64,000 bases of DNA from Rhizodiscina lignyota (Eukaryota): assembly GCA_010015805.1 (NCBI GenBank), contig ML978127.1, positions 1,426,001-1,490,000 of the forward strand, in the 5' to 3' direction. The translations under genes were made by a program, and so were the position numbers. Each line of letters opens with the position of its first letter. The first letter of the stretch is position 1. Under the pieces are notes generated by a model. The model was not told the origin of the DNA. It made no database searches and worked only from the letters and a program-made list of their open reading frames with translations. Below, one piece after another: positions 52,222-64,000 of the stretch.

Positions 52222-54533
52222 CATCAGCTTCTTAGCGAGGAGATGTACAGATAGAGCTACACTCCAGGGCGTTCTTGGTTGCTAGGGTAAAAGGTAATGT
52301 TACTGTGATGTACGTCTCATCGCTGAGATGACTTTGCTCCTAAACAGAAATGGATGAAAGTTCTAGACATATATTCCGTAGCATATAAGGGACATGTACA
52401 GGGTTTGACCCTAGCGGCCCCAGTAAATCTGTCCGATTATCGCGGGCTCGGCTAAATATATCGGCGTAATCGCTGGCTTGTAAACGCCACGACTCAGGCA
52501 CGTCGGGACGAATTTTCACTCCCCTTCAACCTTTGCTCCATTGTCGCCCGAAATGCTGCTCTGGAAACCTCGAATCCGTTTCATCCTTCTCAATCTTGTT
52601 TCAGTCCCTTGCCCCTTTCTGACCACACGTGGCTTACTCGCGATAACCCTCCGCCGTGGCTTTCGACTCTTCGCGGAGGATTAGAACCCCCCGATCCAAA
52701 AAGTTAAATTCGTCCTGCATCGAATCAGATACGAACTCGTTTTGCAGCCCGTCTGCAGCCTCGGCTTTGTCTCCCGATGTTGCAGTCCAAGCTGCTTTGT
52801 GCTTGATTCAAGACCTTCTCACCTTCTCTATGAAGTGCGCAAAACTGTTCCTTGGTTTCGCATGCTCTGTTGTCGGTCTTCTCGCCCAAAGACAATTCCT
52901 GAGTGAACATCATATTGATCAACCAGAATTTCTTGTCAGACGAAGGGGAGAGTGTCGGAGAGATTTCTCGAGTCAGTATCAAGAGCAGCATTAACAAGCC
53001 CTATGCCTGGAAAGCTTAATGGGCCACTAGAGAGGAATTGCTAGAACGCATTTCATCCGTGCTTTAGACAAGTCTCCATTTTTCTGTCAAAAGGTCGCAC
53101 AGATCCACTTTTCGGGTGAATCGACAAGAGTGTCTGGAGATGCATCCAGACGATTCTATCAACGTGGACTAAAAAATCTTGTGAAATAATGGCCGGCGCC
53201 GCCCCAGCTCAGCCATCACTAACACAAAGAGTGCATAGGATCCGCCGGACCGAGGGACTGTCAACTACTAGAGGACCATACAGGCTTGCAAATTCGGTAT
53301 CTGCACGCTGGGCCGCTATTCTATCATCGTTCAGCCAGGCCCAGATTGCCGAGTGCCAGTTGGGGAATTGCTGGACACAACAGATGTGATACACGCGCTT
53401 GCAGCCGCCACGTGAAGTTAACGCGCTACGAACGCACTACCCACTGGGATGTCCGCGCCCCTGACAGTCGTAGGATTCTGGACTCAGGCCAATAGTCTCC
53501 TCGCGATGAGAACGAGATTCCGGTGATGCTAGCGCGTGGCTTGCTGAATCAACGACGAAAGAATGTCATTGTCTTTACAGTGACACGAGAGCGGGGCCCA
53601 AAATGGTGCTCCCGCAGCCGACGACATGAAAAATACATCCGGTTCCATTGGTGGCTAACCATTACGTACTCCGCACCTCTTCGATTTCTTCTGGTGAAAT
53701 GCTCAATACAATTATTACTTTACTTCCCTGCAGTACGTATGTCAAATCTGCCGCAGGTCAAAACTGGTCGCGATCCCCGCCACATCGAGGATCATGGCGT
53801 TAATGCAGCGACGTTAATCTTTCTGGGGTACAAGGGTTCTCGACTCCTCGCCAAACCCAGCTGTGCCAAGCATCCGAAGTGGACGGCCCGGAATGTGGAC
53901 CTGGCGGCGGCCTAAATTCAAAATGACCTGCCCTAGGGTTCTGGCGTGTGGTACCGCGTCATTCATCACCGCATTAGACGAACGCTATGGTGCAATGCTA
54001 TTGTTTCCAGTGCAAGGAGTGCATGAATGGGCTGACGGTGGCCTTCCGTTCATGCTTTGATGTTATCAGGGTGAGCGTAGAAGCACTGGTCCGAAAGAAA
54101 AGGTACAGTATGGATGTAATTTCCAGAGTATTCCAAGAAAGTAACGTTATCATGTCTTCTTTATCCCAGTTCATGCATCGGATCCGCTGTATTTTTGGTC
54201 ATTACTCGTGCAGTACTGCCACAATTCAAACGTGTTTATTACTCAATGGGAAAGACTGCCCGTTCAAAGCCAGCTTGTGTATGGATGGCCTTGACTAGAC
54301 ATACAGGACGCTATCTTAATCCTGGTCTAGATGAACCTTATTGCCATCTCCGATGCAAGATAAAATGTGGGCATGGTCCTCAGCTGAGTCTTGTTCAGAG
54401 CTGGCCGTGACTGTTCGACTTTTCTTTCCTTGTTTGCGACCATCAGATTGCGCGGCGGACAGAATCTTTGCATTGTCTCTTAACAGAACTTTTCCTGTGC
54501 TAGACGAGCAGTGCAAACGAACTTGTCGTCATC

Positions 54534-57209
54534 ATGGCACCGAGGAAGGGCAAAGAGTCTCTCTTGGACCTTTGCAACAAGGCGACAATTCTTGGAAACA
54601 GCATTTCGGTGCGCATGCTCGAATATCTCAGCACTGCCAAGAACCATCCCCATGGATTCCGCGAACTTGCGACCGACTTCCTTGATATCAGCCGCATATT
54701 GTGGTCAATCGAAGCTGGCTTGACGGAAGCCTCTCGACAGAAGAATCAATTTCCCGTCGAGATGATCAACGAGCTCGACAGGAAATTCCGCGATACCAAC
54801 GACGTCATGATTGTTCTGAACCAAATGCTTCTCAAGTTCATCGACTATGAGAGGAAAGGAACCTTCGGAAGGCTGCAAAAGGGATGGCGAATGATGTTTA
54901 TCGATTCAGACATCGACAAGATGCGAGAATCTCTTGGCAAGTGTCGTGATGCCCTGAGGATGAGCGCAATGGTCTTCAGGTGGTCTCTGGGAGACGCGAA
55001 GGCTGATGCTTCGGTTGGCATCGGATACACTGGCCTCGTCGCTGCTCTTGAGCGTATGAACCAGGACAGACCGACTACTGTTATTCCGCCCCTTCAACAT
55101 CATATCCAAGAAACCTCAGAATTCCCGCCTCGACTTCCACCTGTGTCTCTGGTCGAGAGGAACTCCGCCTCTAATCTTGCACCAACTACTGACGATGTTC
55201 TTACCCCATCGCATGCAAGTGATCGACAGATGAGATATCGGGCTCCTAGTACGAGGTCCAGTGAACTAACGACACGTTCAAATCGAAGAGAAAGCGTCTA
55301 TCGCCCTCCTGAGATTATAGAGTCGTCTTCGGGTGGTGAGGATTCGTCGGATGATACTGGCACGGAATCGAAGACCCTGATCGAAGAGAGAATGAATGAC
55401 ATCGACCTCAACAGCAAATCTCCCATTCAAGTCATACACCTGAAGGCCGATCCAACCACCGTACCCCGATGGACTCCCAGAGGGAATGGTGGCACTCAAT
55501 CTGCTGGCTCGGCTAAATCTCTTCTGGAAGCTGTTCAACAAAAGAACCACAAGGGTGTCGAGCAACTGCTTGACAGTGGTATCAAGACGAACACAAAGAT
55601 CCTCAGAAGAGCCTGCCAGAACAAAGATACCGAAAGTCTTCGCCTACTCCTACTCTTCGGCGCTGACCCGAATGGCGTTGATAAAGAGGGCTTCACCCCT
55701 CTCCTCGCCGCGACGAAAGTGCCTTTCATTGAGGGTGCGAAGATGCTGATCAAGTATGGTGCGGACCCCAATCTATCTGCCGGCCCTGATTCTGAGACAC
55801 CACTTGCTGCCGCTGTCGGTGAAAACAAATTTGACCTCGTTCAACTGTATCTCACGTATGGTGGAGATGCAACATTGATCATGGCAAATGGCAACATTGC
55901 TCTCATCAAGGCCATAAACAGGACCATCTCGTCGAGAATCGTGGAACTCATGCTCGAATACGACAGTGATCCTAACTCCAAGAACGCAGAAGGCACCACA
56001 GCCCTCTTCCAAGCAATTCAAACAAGTCGGCTAGATCTCGCCACACTTCTGCTTGACCATGGAGCCGACCCTAATTTGCCTGGACCGAAACATCCTCTCT
56101 GGCCATCAACATATCAGCCCAAGTTTCTGCAGCTGCTTTTCTCACGTGGTGCAGACTACAAGAAGACGCCAGGGATTATGGAACTTGCTGCGAGCATCAA
56201 GCAAAAAGACTCCATCTCGATCCTGCTCGAAGCCGGTGTCTCTCCTAACACCAAGAAGGATGGGGTTTACACACCGCTCTGCTCTGCCATTCGCGACAAT
56301 AGCATTGAAATCGTCGCCCTTCTTCTGGCTAAGGGCGCCGACCCCAATCTTATGGCGTCTGAATATCCTGCCTGGAAATGCGTGACGCACCATCGCGTCC
56401 ACTTGCTACCGCAGCTCGTAGCCGCGGGCGCTGATCTTCACAAGCCCAAGGGTATCATCGAGACGGCCGTGGCGCACAACAACAAGGACGCGCTCATCTA
56501 TCTGTTGGAACAAGGTGTCAGCCCGAATGATAAAAGCCCCGAGGGTAACACGCCACTGACGACAGCCATCCGCGAAGATCGCGCCGACTTGATGGACTTT
56601 TTGATTGGCAATGGTGCGGATCCTGGTGTCAGGGGTCAGGACTGGCCCATCTGCATGGCTGTCAAGCGGCCCGCAATCCTCAAGAAACTCCTTCCCAAAA
56701 TCCCCAATCCACGCACTTTCAAGGGTGTCATGGAGATGGCTGTCGTCGCAAATGAGCTGGAAAGCATCAAGTTGCTGCTTGCCGCTGGCGTCAGCGTTGA
56801 GGACAAGAATGGTGGAGTCTTCTCCCCACTGACAACTGCTATCAGAGAGGACAGGATAGAAATTACACGCTTCCTTCTTTACGAGGCAGGTGCGGATCCA
56901 AATGCACCCGGCGAGCATCTGCCCATTATCAAAGCCATCCGGAGATGTCGTGGCAACGACCACGAGATCATCAATATGTTGCTCGACAAAGGAGCAGATA
57001 TCAACCAGATGTACCGTGGATGGAACGCCGTTCTGCAGGCCGTAGAAAACGGCGACAACGCTATCCTGAGGCTGCTTGTCGAGAAGGGCGGGCCTGTCGA
57101 CCTCCAAGTGAAAGATGATTCGGGGCGAGCAGTAATCGACGTTGTGACTGAACGCGGCGGGGAGGAAGCCCTTACACTCTTGTTTCCTAACGGGCATGCA
57201 AGGCAGTAG
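54534..57209 (+). CDS. Ankyrin-repeat protein with N-terminal helical (HeLo-like?) domain
   Basis: 891-aa single ORF; many ankyrin motifs (GFTPLLAA, ETPLAAA, GNTPLTTAI, LLxxGADPN) after a ~170-aa amphipathic helical N-terminus and S/T/P-rich linker. Confidence 0.88.
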   Translation: MAPRKGKESLLDLCNKATILGNSISVRMLEYLSTAKNHPHGFRELATDFLDISRILWSIEAGLTEASRQKNQFPVEMINELDRKFRDTNDVMIVLNQMLLKFIDYERKGTFGRLQKGWRMMFIDSDIDKMRESLGKCRDALRMSAMVFRWSLGDAKADASVGIGYTGLVAALERMNQDRPTTVIPPLQHHIQETSEFPPRLPPVSLVERNSASNLAPTTDDVLTPSHASDRQMRYRAPSTRSSELTTRSNRRESVYRPPEIIESSSGGEDSSDDTGTESKTLIEERMNDIDLNSKSPIQVIHLKADPTTVPRWTPRGNGGTQSAGSAKSLLEAVQQKNHKGVEQLLDSGIKTNTKILRRACQNKDTESLRLLLLFGADPNGVDKEGFTPLLAATKVPFIEGAKMLIKYGADPNLSAGPDSETPLAAAVGENKFDLVQLYLTYGGDATLIMANGNIALIKAINRTISSRIVELMLEYDSDPNSKNAEGTTALFQAIQTSRLDLATLLLDHGADPNLPGPKHPLWPSTYQPKFLQLLFSRGADYKKTPGIMELAASIKQKDSISILLEAGVSPNTKKDGVYTPLCSAIRDNSIEIVALLLAKGADPNLMASEYPAWKCVTHHRVHLLPQLVAAGADLHKPKGIIETAVAHNNKDALIYLLEQGVSPNDKSPEGNTPLTTAIREDRADLMDFLIGNGADPGVRGQDWPICMAVKRPAILKKLLPKIPNPRTFKGVMEMAVVANELESIKLLLAAGVSVEDKNGGVFSPLTTAIREDRIEITRFLLYEAGADPNAPGEHLPIIKAIRRCRGNDHEIINMLLDKGADINQMYRGWNAVLQAVENGDNAILRLLVEKGGPVDLQVKDDSGRAVIDVVTERGGEEALTLLFPNGHARQ

Positions 57210-57713
57210 GTGAGAACTGCAACCTCATCGAATATGAATAGCAGTCACTGACATCAACCCATGGCAGGAGCTTTGATCGAATATCTTGGTTTTCCTGGGG
57301 CGGCCTCGACTTCGGGGATCCTAGCAGCAGGAGAGCTTCGTCGACCAGCTGTGTCACCTCGTCAAGTTGTGCATTACCAGGAGCTGGACACTGATGAGTT
57401 CAATGTTTAATTTCTGGGGCGGTATTCTGAACGGCTTAGGGGACGGTAACCGGCTATAAATTGTAATATCACATGTCGCAACAATCTCCTTTGTGTCTTG
57501 CTTTTGGGGAAACGAATGATACCATGTAGGTGTTAGTGGAGAGTAGCTCAATGTCAACGAATTCAAACAACACTCGCCCCCACCCTATTTCGTCACGCGC
57601 TGCCTCTTCACGTCACAACAACACCTATAGCTACACATCTCCCGGACGTCGAGTTTCGCCGAAAAGAACACCAGTTTGATATTTTTCTTAACCTAGCGGA
57701 AGGTTCTGCCTCC

Positions 57714-57758
57714 AACCTCTTCAACCTCTTTAACCTCTTCAACCTCTTCAATCTCTTC
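57714..57758 (+). repeat. 9-bp tandem repeat (AACCTCTTC)x5
   Basis: Directly visible just upstream of ATG 57778. Confidence 0.85.
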
Positions 57759-57777
57759 ACCCGACTCCACCACCAAC

Positions 57778-59609
57778 ATGTCTCAACCATCTCTCCCCCC
57801 CGCTTCCTCCGGCCTCCAAGAATTGTAAGTCATCCTGTGTTTTAGAAGATTTGCAAAGCTCGATAAGCCACATGATGTAATCGAATTGCAACCGAGTGTT
57901 GTGTTCGAAAGCAAGAGTCGCAGCAGCTTCCTTCTCTGTTGGACACTGAACTCTGCTAACGTGGTGTTCGATATTCCAGGCCCACAGCGGCTGAGTGGGC
58001 AGCGCACTGCAAGAGGCAGGCGCTGTACATCACATACCTTCGCCGCCTGCTGTCGATTCACTCCGACCTCTCTCTTGCCGACGTGACAGCGCACGTCGCC
58101 GCGCTGTCACTGGAATCCCCAGTGCCGTCCCTGCCTCATACATATGAAGGCAACCCCTTGTCGCCGGTCCGCGTGCCGGCAGTCGAAGCAGCAGCAACCA
58201 GCACTGCGCAGCACCTTGGCCGGGCTGCAGCAGAGGCTGGCGAAAGCATGCAAGGCTGTTTGCACACGTTGTGCAACGACAACAGCACAGAGTCGGCCAG
58301 CATTTGCGCTGGAGGCGAGAACACAACTCGCCAGCTCTCTGCATCTCCTTGGGAGAGCAGCAACATAGGCACCAGCACCTCTCTGGGCCCTTCAACCGGC
58401 GCGACGACGCCTTTGACCTTCGGTGGGCAGGATGCCCAATCTCCCACCCTGGTGCCCGGCACGCTGCCGGGTAGTGACGACGATGCCGGCACTCCGGAGC
58501 CAATGGACATCTGCGAGGAGGATCGCAATCCTCCACAGCCTGTTGCTAGCATGGCAGCACATGCCATACGTTCAGGCCTGCAGAAGTCGCAGTGGTCGCG
58601 CTGCGAGAAAGAGTATGTGGTACGCGCAGGCTCGCTCAAGCTGTACCGGTCGTGCCGCAAGCACGGCCTTAGGTCTTCCGGTGCCCGTGCCGAAGGCCAG
58701 AAAGCAGTTTGGGAGCGTGTGAAATACTCTACGGCCAGCAGCACCTCGGCCAGGAGCAAGTCTTCGGCTTCTCGGTGGGTTCCTCCACCTCTTGCGGGCA
58801 CAAAGCGTGAGGCCCCTGAGGATGACTATCCTCCCCATGCTCGTGGTCCTGCAAGCAAGAAGCAGAAGCAGAAGCAGGAGGACGAGAACGGCAACGGCGA
58901 GTTCGATCACGATGGAGTTCCGGCCAAGGACCCAACCCTCGCCCAGGTCCTTTCGGACCATGGGTTCCATGACAAGTGGACAGCAGTATTCAGACGCGCT
59001 TCCAAGGCCTTGCCAGATGTTGCAACAGCGATGCGCATTAACGATCCGATGGAATTGGTGCGGGGTGCGTACAGATTCCACCAGTTGACTTGTCAATTGA
59101 TCGGTATCGCGGATTTTGAGATGGGATCCTCGTTAGGCAATCTACTCGTTGCGGCGCGCGACCTCTATGAGGGATACAAGGGCCCACTTGGGATAAAGCG
59201 CACCAACACACTTCTCAACCATCGATGGACCGCACCTCGCCTCCACTGGCAGCTCAAGCAATACGAGAAGGACATCGAACGCTTCGAGGATAAGATGCGC
59301 AACGCATGGCGCAACAGTCCGGACAGGACAAATGCTGCACTCCTTAAAGCCGAGGTTCAAATCTTCGAGATCGCTGGGGCCTGGAATATTATTCTCGAAT
59401 ACGGAAGCGACCAGGGCTGGCCCCAGAAATTGGCATCTCTGGCAGGGAAAGTGTCCACTCTCAAGAACAACTTGGGAGACAAGTTGGACAATATGGTGAA
59501 CTGGGATGAATTAATCCACAATGCACAGCACATCTCAATGAACTTCGACAAGTCCTCAGCATGGGCAAAGGATTTGCGGAAGCCCCTTGATGAGGAGTTC
59601 AAGTGGTAG
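57778..59609 (+). CDS. Orphan protein with disordered N-terminal half and helical C-terminal domain; at least 2 exons
   Basis: ATG 57778, intron GTAAGT...GCTAAC...CAG (about 57825-57979) splices in frame into the 508-aa ORF; basic NLS-like TKRE...KKQKQK. Confidence 0.7.
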
Positions 59610-60290
59610 CTGGGTTCCCAACGAGTGAGAATCTTGAGGTGGGATCAGGAGGTTGTTAACGAGCCGACATGCTGCCTTGCCAGAAGGCTTACGGTCGATC
59701 GAGGGTGGTCTAACGGAGGTCGTGGAGGACTTCGGTGGACTTTGAGTTACTGACTTGTTAGTTCGATTTTTATCGAACGCTTTGAAAATGGGGTTCGGGT
59801 TGCTCGGGTTGCTCGGGTTCTGAGGTTTTTGTTTGCAGCACAGCGGGTATTGGGAACGGGCTCACATCTTAGAGGCATGTATCTAATAATGACGAGAGGT
59901 TCGCAGTCTGGAGGGACAAGCTGGGTGAAGGAGAGTGTGGAAGCGTCTTTGACGTGGCCTGCTCCTTCGTCGAGCTTGTCAAGCCGGCTGCGTTCCTCAA
60001 TGTCGTTTGGGAATGCTTTCTTTTCGATACTCTGTCTTTTGCGTTCAAATCGACATTATCAATCAAAGATGGCTTGTGAAAAAAGCAATTCTAAGTCGAT
60101 GAATGGGCCTAAGAAGCCCTTGCGAGCCGTGACGAGAGCTCCCGTGCACGGCCCTCTTAAAGCTGGGCACAGCTTCCACTGCCCTCTCATCTTTACCTCC
60201 CCCACCAATCCGTAGAGCTACCCAAGATCGAGCTCTATTTACATACAAAACAATCATTGTAGTGCACAATTGAGACTCTAGCAGCCCAAG

Positions 60291-61117
60291 ATGTCCGTCC
60301 ACGCAATGTCGGACGACCAGGTACTCAATCTCACCCTCCGTCGAGCTCCAAGGCATCCATGAGTGCCCAAGAACAGCCGCTAACTCCAAAATGTGTATTC
60401 CAGGTCGCCGGCGAGCTCAAGAAGATGACTGCCTTCATCCGGCAAGAAGCATATGAGAAGGCCAAAGAAATCCAAATCAAGGCCGACGAAGAATTCGCAA
60501 TCGAGAAGTCGAAGCTCGTCCGCCAGGAAACCGCTTCGATCGACAGCTCCTACGAGAAGAAGTTCAAGCAGGCTTCAATGTCGCAGCAGATTACTCGATC
60601 CACCGTCGCAAATAAGAGCCGGTTACGCGTGCTGAGCGCGAGGCAGGAGCTGCTGGACGACTTGTTCGAGCAGGCGCGGAAGAAGTTGGGCGGTGCCACA
60701 AAGGACAAGAGCAAATATCAGGGCATGTTGAAGAACTTGATTCTGCAGGGGCTGTATGCGCTGGAGGAGAGCAAAGTGCAGGTCAGAGCAAAAAAATCGG
60801 ATTATGACGTGGTCAAGAAGGCGATCGAGGATGCGCAGAAGGAGTACAAGAGCAACATGGGCAGCGATGTGAAGATTGAAATTGACGAGGCGAACGAGCT
60901 TCCGGATGGATTGTGAGTTCAGACAGTCCTCAGTTTTCCAAGAATGGAAATGCTCACATTATGCAGGTCTGGCGGCGTCTCCATCGTTGGCGGAGGCGGG
61001 AAGATTGACATCAACAACACCCTTGAAGAGAGGTTGCATCTGCTCGAGACGGATGCCCTACCGTCTATTCGAGTCATACTGTTCGGCGAGAACGAAAATC
61101 GAAGATTCCACGATTGA
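60291..61117 (+). CDS. VMA4: V-type ATPase subunit E; 3 exons
   Basis: [47 protein letters not shown]; last exon [22 protein letters not shown]...[12 protein letters not shown]. Confidence 0.97.
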
Positions 61118-61554
61118 GCGGGTATAGCAGACTCGTCCCGTTTCCGCCATTGTAGAGAATGTGCCGCATTTGCCGCACCTGTGCCAAGGTTATCATCCTT
61201 CAGCAGTGTGCAGGACTGCTTCTTTTGTACTATTCTCTGTGGTCTTAGACTATTGAGAGCATGTAATATGTACAGCTACAGGGGTGAGATGCGGTGGCTA
61301 GACGATTTCTTTTCTCGCGGGTCTCTTTTCTTTGACGAGCGAGGCGCGCTTCATTAGATCAATATCACATACGCATTCGAGGTCCGGAGATTCGAAACAT
61401 GATAATGCCTCTTTCTGTTGCTATCTTGCCAAATGTGATTCGTTGTATTGGTCCCTAATAACGCTGGAGATCGCCGGGTTTCGTGAGACGTTCATCCGTC
61501 CCGTCCTAACCTCAACTCGTGTACTCTGCATGCCTAAAATTTGTAACGACAGTG

Positions 61555-62217
61555 ATGCTCGAGATCGCATGCTTCTCTCGTGAGGCTGCACTCATTGCGA
61601 AATCAGCAGGAGCCGATCGTATCGAATTCTGTGCCCGCTATGACCTTGGCGGGCTGACTCCAGCGTTCGATGATGTGTCCTTCCTTCACAGCGACCTCCA
61701 CATACCTCTCTTCGTTATGATCAGACCTCGCGGTGGGGACTTTACCTACACAGATCAAGAGCTTAGACACATGCAGCAAGATATTGTGCACTTCAAGAGC
61801 GTTGCGGATGGCTTCGTGTTCGGAATCTTGACCCCTGAGAAGGAAATCGATGGCGAGAAATGCAAGGCGCTGGTAGAACTCGCGGCACCAAAGCCCTGTA
61901 CATTTCATCGAGCCATCGACGAAACGAACAATTTGGAGAAGAGCATTGAGAGCATAGCTGCATGTGGCTTCAAGAATGTGCTGACGTCTGGCGGGAAGAG
62001 CAGTGCAATAGAAGGCGCAGAGACTTTAAAGAGACTTGTGATCAAGGGCCACGAAAACAATCTAGAGGTTATGCCCGGTGGCGGAGTACGGTCATCGAAC
62101 ATTTCTCAACTCAGAGAGAGGACGGATGCGACATGGTTCCATTCTGCAGCCATTCTCGAGGGTGGACTGCCGAGTTCTGACGAGATTAAAACGATGCTAT
62201 CATCCTTTCTAACATGA
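61555..62217 (+). CDS. cutC: CutC family copper homeostasis protein
   Basis: LEIAC, GADRIEFC, GGLTP, VMIRPRGGDF, GFVFGIL, TFHRAID, VLTSGG, MPGGGVRSSN. Confidence 0.93.
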   Translation: MLEIACFSREAALIAKSAGADRIEFCARYDLGGLTPAFDDVSFLHSDLHIPLFVMIRPRGGDFTYTDQELRHMQQDIVHFKSVADGFVFGILTPEKEIDGEKCKALVELAAPKPCTFHRAIDETNNLEKSIESIAACGFKNVLTSGGKSSAIEGAETLKRLVIKGHENNLEVMPGGGVRSSNISQLRERTDATWFHSAAILEGGLPSSDEIKTMLSSFLT

Positions 62218-62582
62218 CAAGAATTTGTGCTGAGGAATTCGAGATCTGGAAAAGAAAAACTTGGTCAGCGAATCATATTCCCCCTCTCAATGGGATGAGA
62301 GTTGGATTGTGTTTCTCCTATCGCTGTGTGGATAGTGGTCTGGTAAGCTTGATTAGTGCAGCTGTGCTTGTTTGCCAGACGATTCCGAGAACACGGTAGA
62401 GACTACAGTGACATCAGGAAAAGCGTCACTACGAATATTTGAGAGACCAGAAGCCGTGAGCGTGACTGCGTGGGAGAGAATTGCGAGTCTGGAGTTGGTG
62501 CGGAAGTAATAGAAGCAGATTCTAGGTAAGAGCGTTACAGGCGCAATGATTTTGTTTCTTCTACTTTCATTTCTACATACTA

Positions 62583-63930
62583 TTAGTGTAGAAGCATTTC
62601 TGCCAGATTATCCCAAAAACCTAAATCATAGACATTCTCCACACTGGCTAGCCTCCACACTCTACGCCATGAACTTGCGTCCACTATCCGCTCCATCTCC
62701 TTCGGCAGCGTCCGCGGCATCTGGCCATCAGACGTCTGCACAACGCATTGTCGCGGCCGCGTTGGCCAATAACATTCCCATTCGCGGCTTTTTGGAACAC
62801 CAACGTCTTGCCCCGCTTCCGGCGTTTTCAAGTCCGCAAGCCATACTACGCCATCTGCCATGTCTTCTCGCCAGTCCGACCACTTGCTGTTCTCGTTCGT
62901 TGTAGTTCCCGCCCAGATGAGATACACATGGTAAGCTAGTAATCCGAACGGAAGAGCTGATGTGAAAGTGGCGAGGAGGCCGACGCCGGCGACAGAAAGG
63001 CCGCCAATGTTGATTGCGATTTGGATATCGCGCATCGTGAACCAGAACCACGCCACTATCGGCGCAGTGATGCGCTGCCACGTCGAGGATACAACGATTT
63101 TGGACTCTTGAGATTCCGGATATACAGCGGCTCTGTACACTCGCACTTGTGGTGCGAGGACAATATATGCCAGATATGCGCCGTAAGCCACGAGGATGGA
63201 AGTCGAAAGAAGCAGTGCAAGGAACCATCGTAAGTTTCCGCGGCCGACGCAATTGTTGACCCAGACGCAATGGTGGTCGGAGCGGGAGATGCAGCTTTTG
63301 CAGATGGAGCAGTGCTTGCTTCGGGCAGGTTTCTGGAAGTGGCAGGTTCGGCATCCAGCACCTGGATGATAGAGTGTGTAGTCGTATGGGTAATAAGACA
63401 TTTGACGGCTGTGATTTGAAGAAGTGATGTACAGCTCTGGATTACATTTCACGCTGGCGCAAAGGTAGGTGAAGAGGTAAGGAAGTGGTAGCAGGATGGC
63501 TATTAGCATGTGGTGGAACCCCGATAGTTGGAACCAGATTTGGTATAACATCATGACGGCGCTGCCAGATATAAGTCCGAGGAAGAAGATCTGTCAATTG
63601 TGAGCAATACCAAAGCAATAGGACCAAGTGAGGCGCACCATGACAATAGGATGCTTCTCATATAAGAGGTAATGCCCTGTGCGTGACAGGGACGAAACCA
63701 ATCGGCCACCTGTGACCGTCTGGTCTATTCGGCCAAGGAGTCTTGGAATATGGATCCATAATACGCGGTGAAGAAACCCAATCGGGGTGTTTCTAAAGAA
63801 AATGAGCAATGAATTGCCTCTTTTGAAGATATCCAACTGACCGTAGACCTGGAAGTCGACCAAAGAAAGCGACAAAAGTCATGAATGAAACGGAGAGGAC
63901 GAAAAGAGCGATGTTGCGGAGACTCGCCAT
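62583..63930 (-). CDS. SWF1: DHHC palmitoyltransferase Swf1-like; 3 exons
   Basis: [55 protein letters not shown]-terminal [21 protein letters not shown] typical of fungal Swf1. Confidence 0.92.
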
Positions 63931-64000
63931 GATGGGAGTGTGAAGTGATACGGAAGCAGAACACTCTAATACATCTCCCAAAATGGTAATGAAGGACTTG

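Noticed and set aside
52540..53000. Protein-like helical fragments on the - strand
   Set aside because: Multiple stops and frame changes, no recognisable family; cannot be supported as a gene or pseudogene
51439..57197. Long antisense ORFs (51439-52224, 56406-57197) and similar shadow ORFs elsewhere
   Set aside because: They lie opposite well-supported genes and are explained by codon bias

Overview
Eukaryotic (filamentous ascomycete, Pezizomycotina-type) genomic DNA with short GT-AG introns and CTAAC/CTGAC branch sites, so the ORF track splits many genes; the gene models below were re-spliced by hand. About 24 protein-coding genes are present. Housekeeping or recognisable: calpain-like protease, DUG2, BUD22, JEN1-type carboxylate transporter, ExgD-type GH5 glucanase, VMA4, CutC, SWF1. 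A metabolic/accessory block at about 8.5-22.2 kb holds a cytochrome P450, a polytopic membrane protein of unknown function, an aldo-keto reductase, a Zn2Cys6 regulator and a RidA-flavin amine oxidase fusion. The most striking element is a six-exon gene at 14690-15691 that the ORF track only fragments. It encodes a 245-aa secreted-type precursor with seven short Cys-bracketed cores (CPYPWGC x3 plus variants) built from duplicated symmetric exon+intron modules and has no dibasic Kex2 sites. It is a candidate new fungal multi-core peptide/RiPP system and is transcribed head-to-head with the unknown membrane protein. A degenerate tandem array with an exact 166-bp period (possible 120-nt exon + 46-nt intron units) lies at about 6.1-7.1 kb. 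No rRNA, tRNA, CRISPR or intact transposon was recognised. Family assignments come from motif recognition only; no database searches were run.
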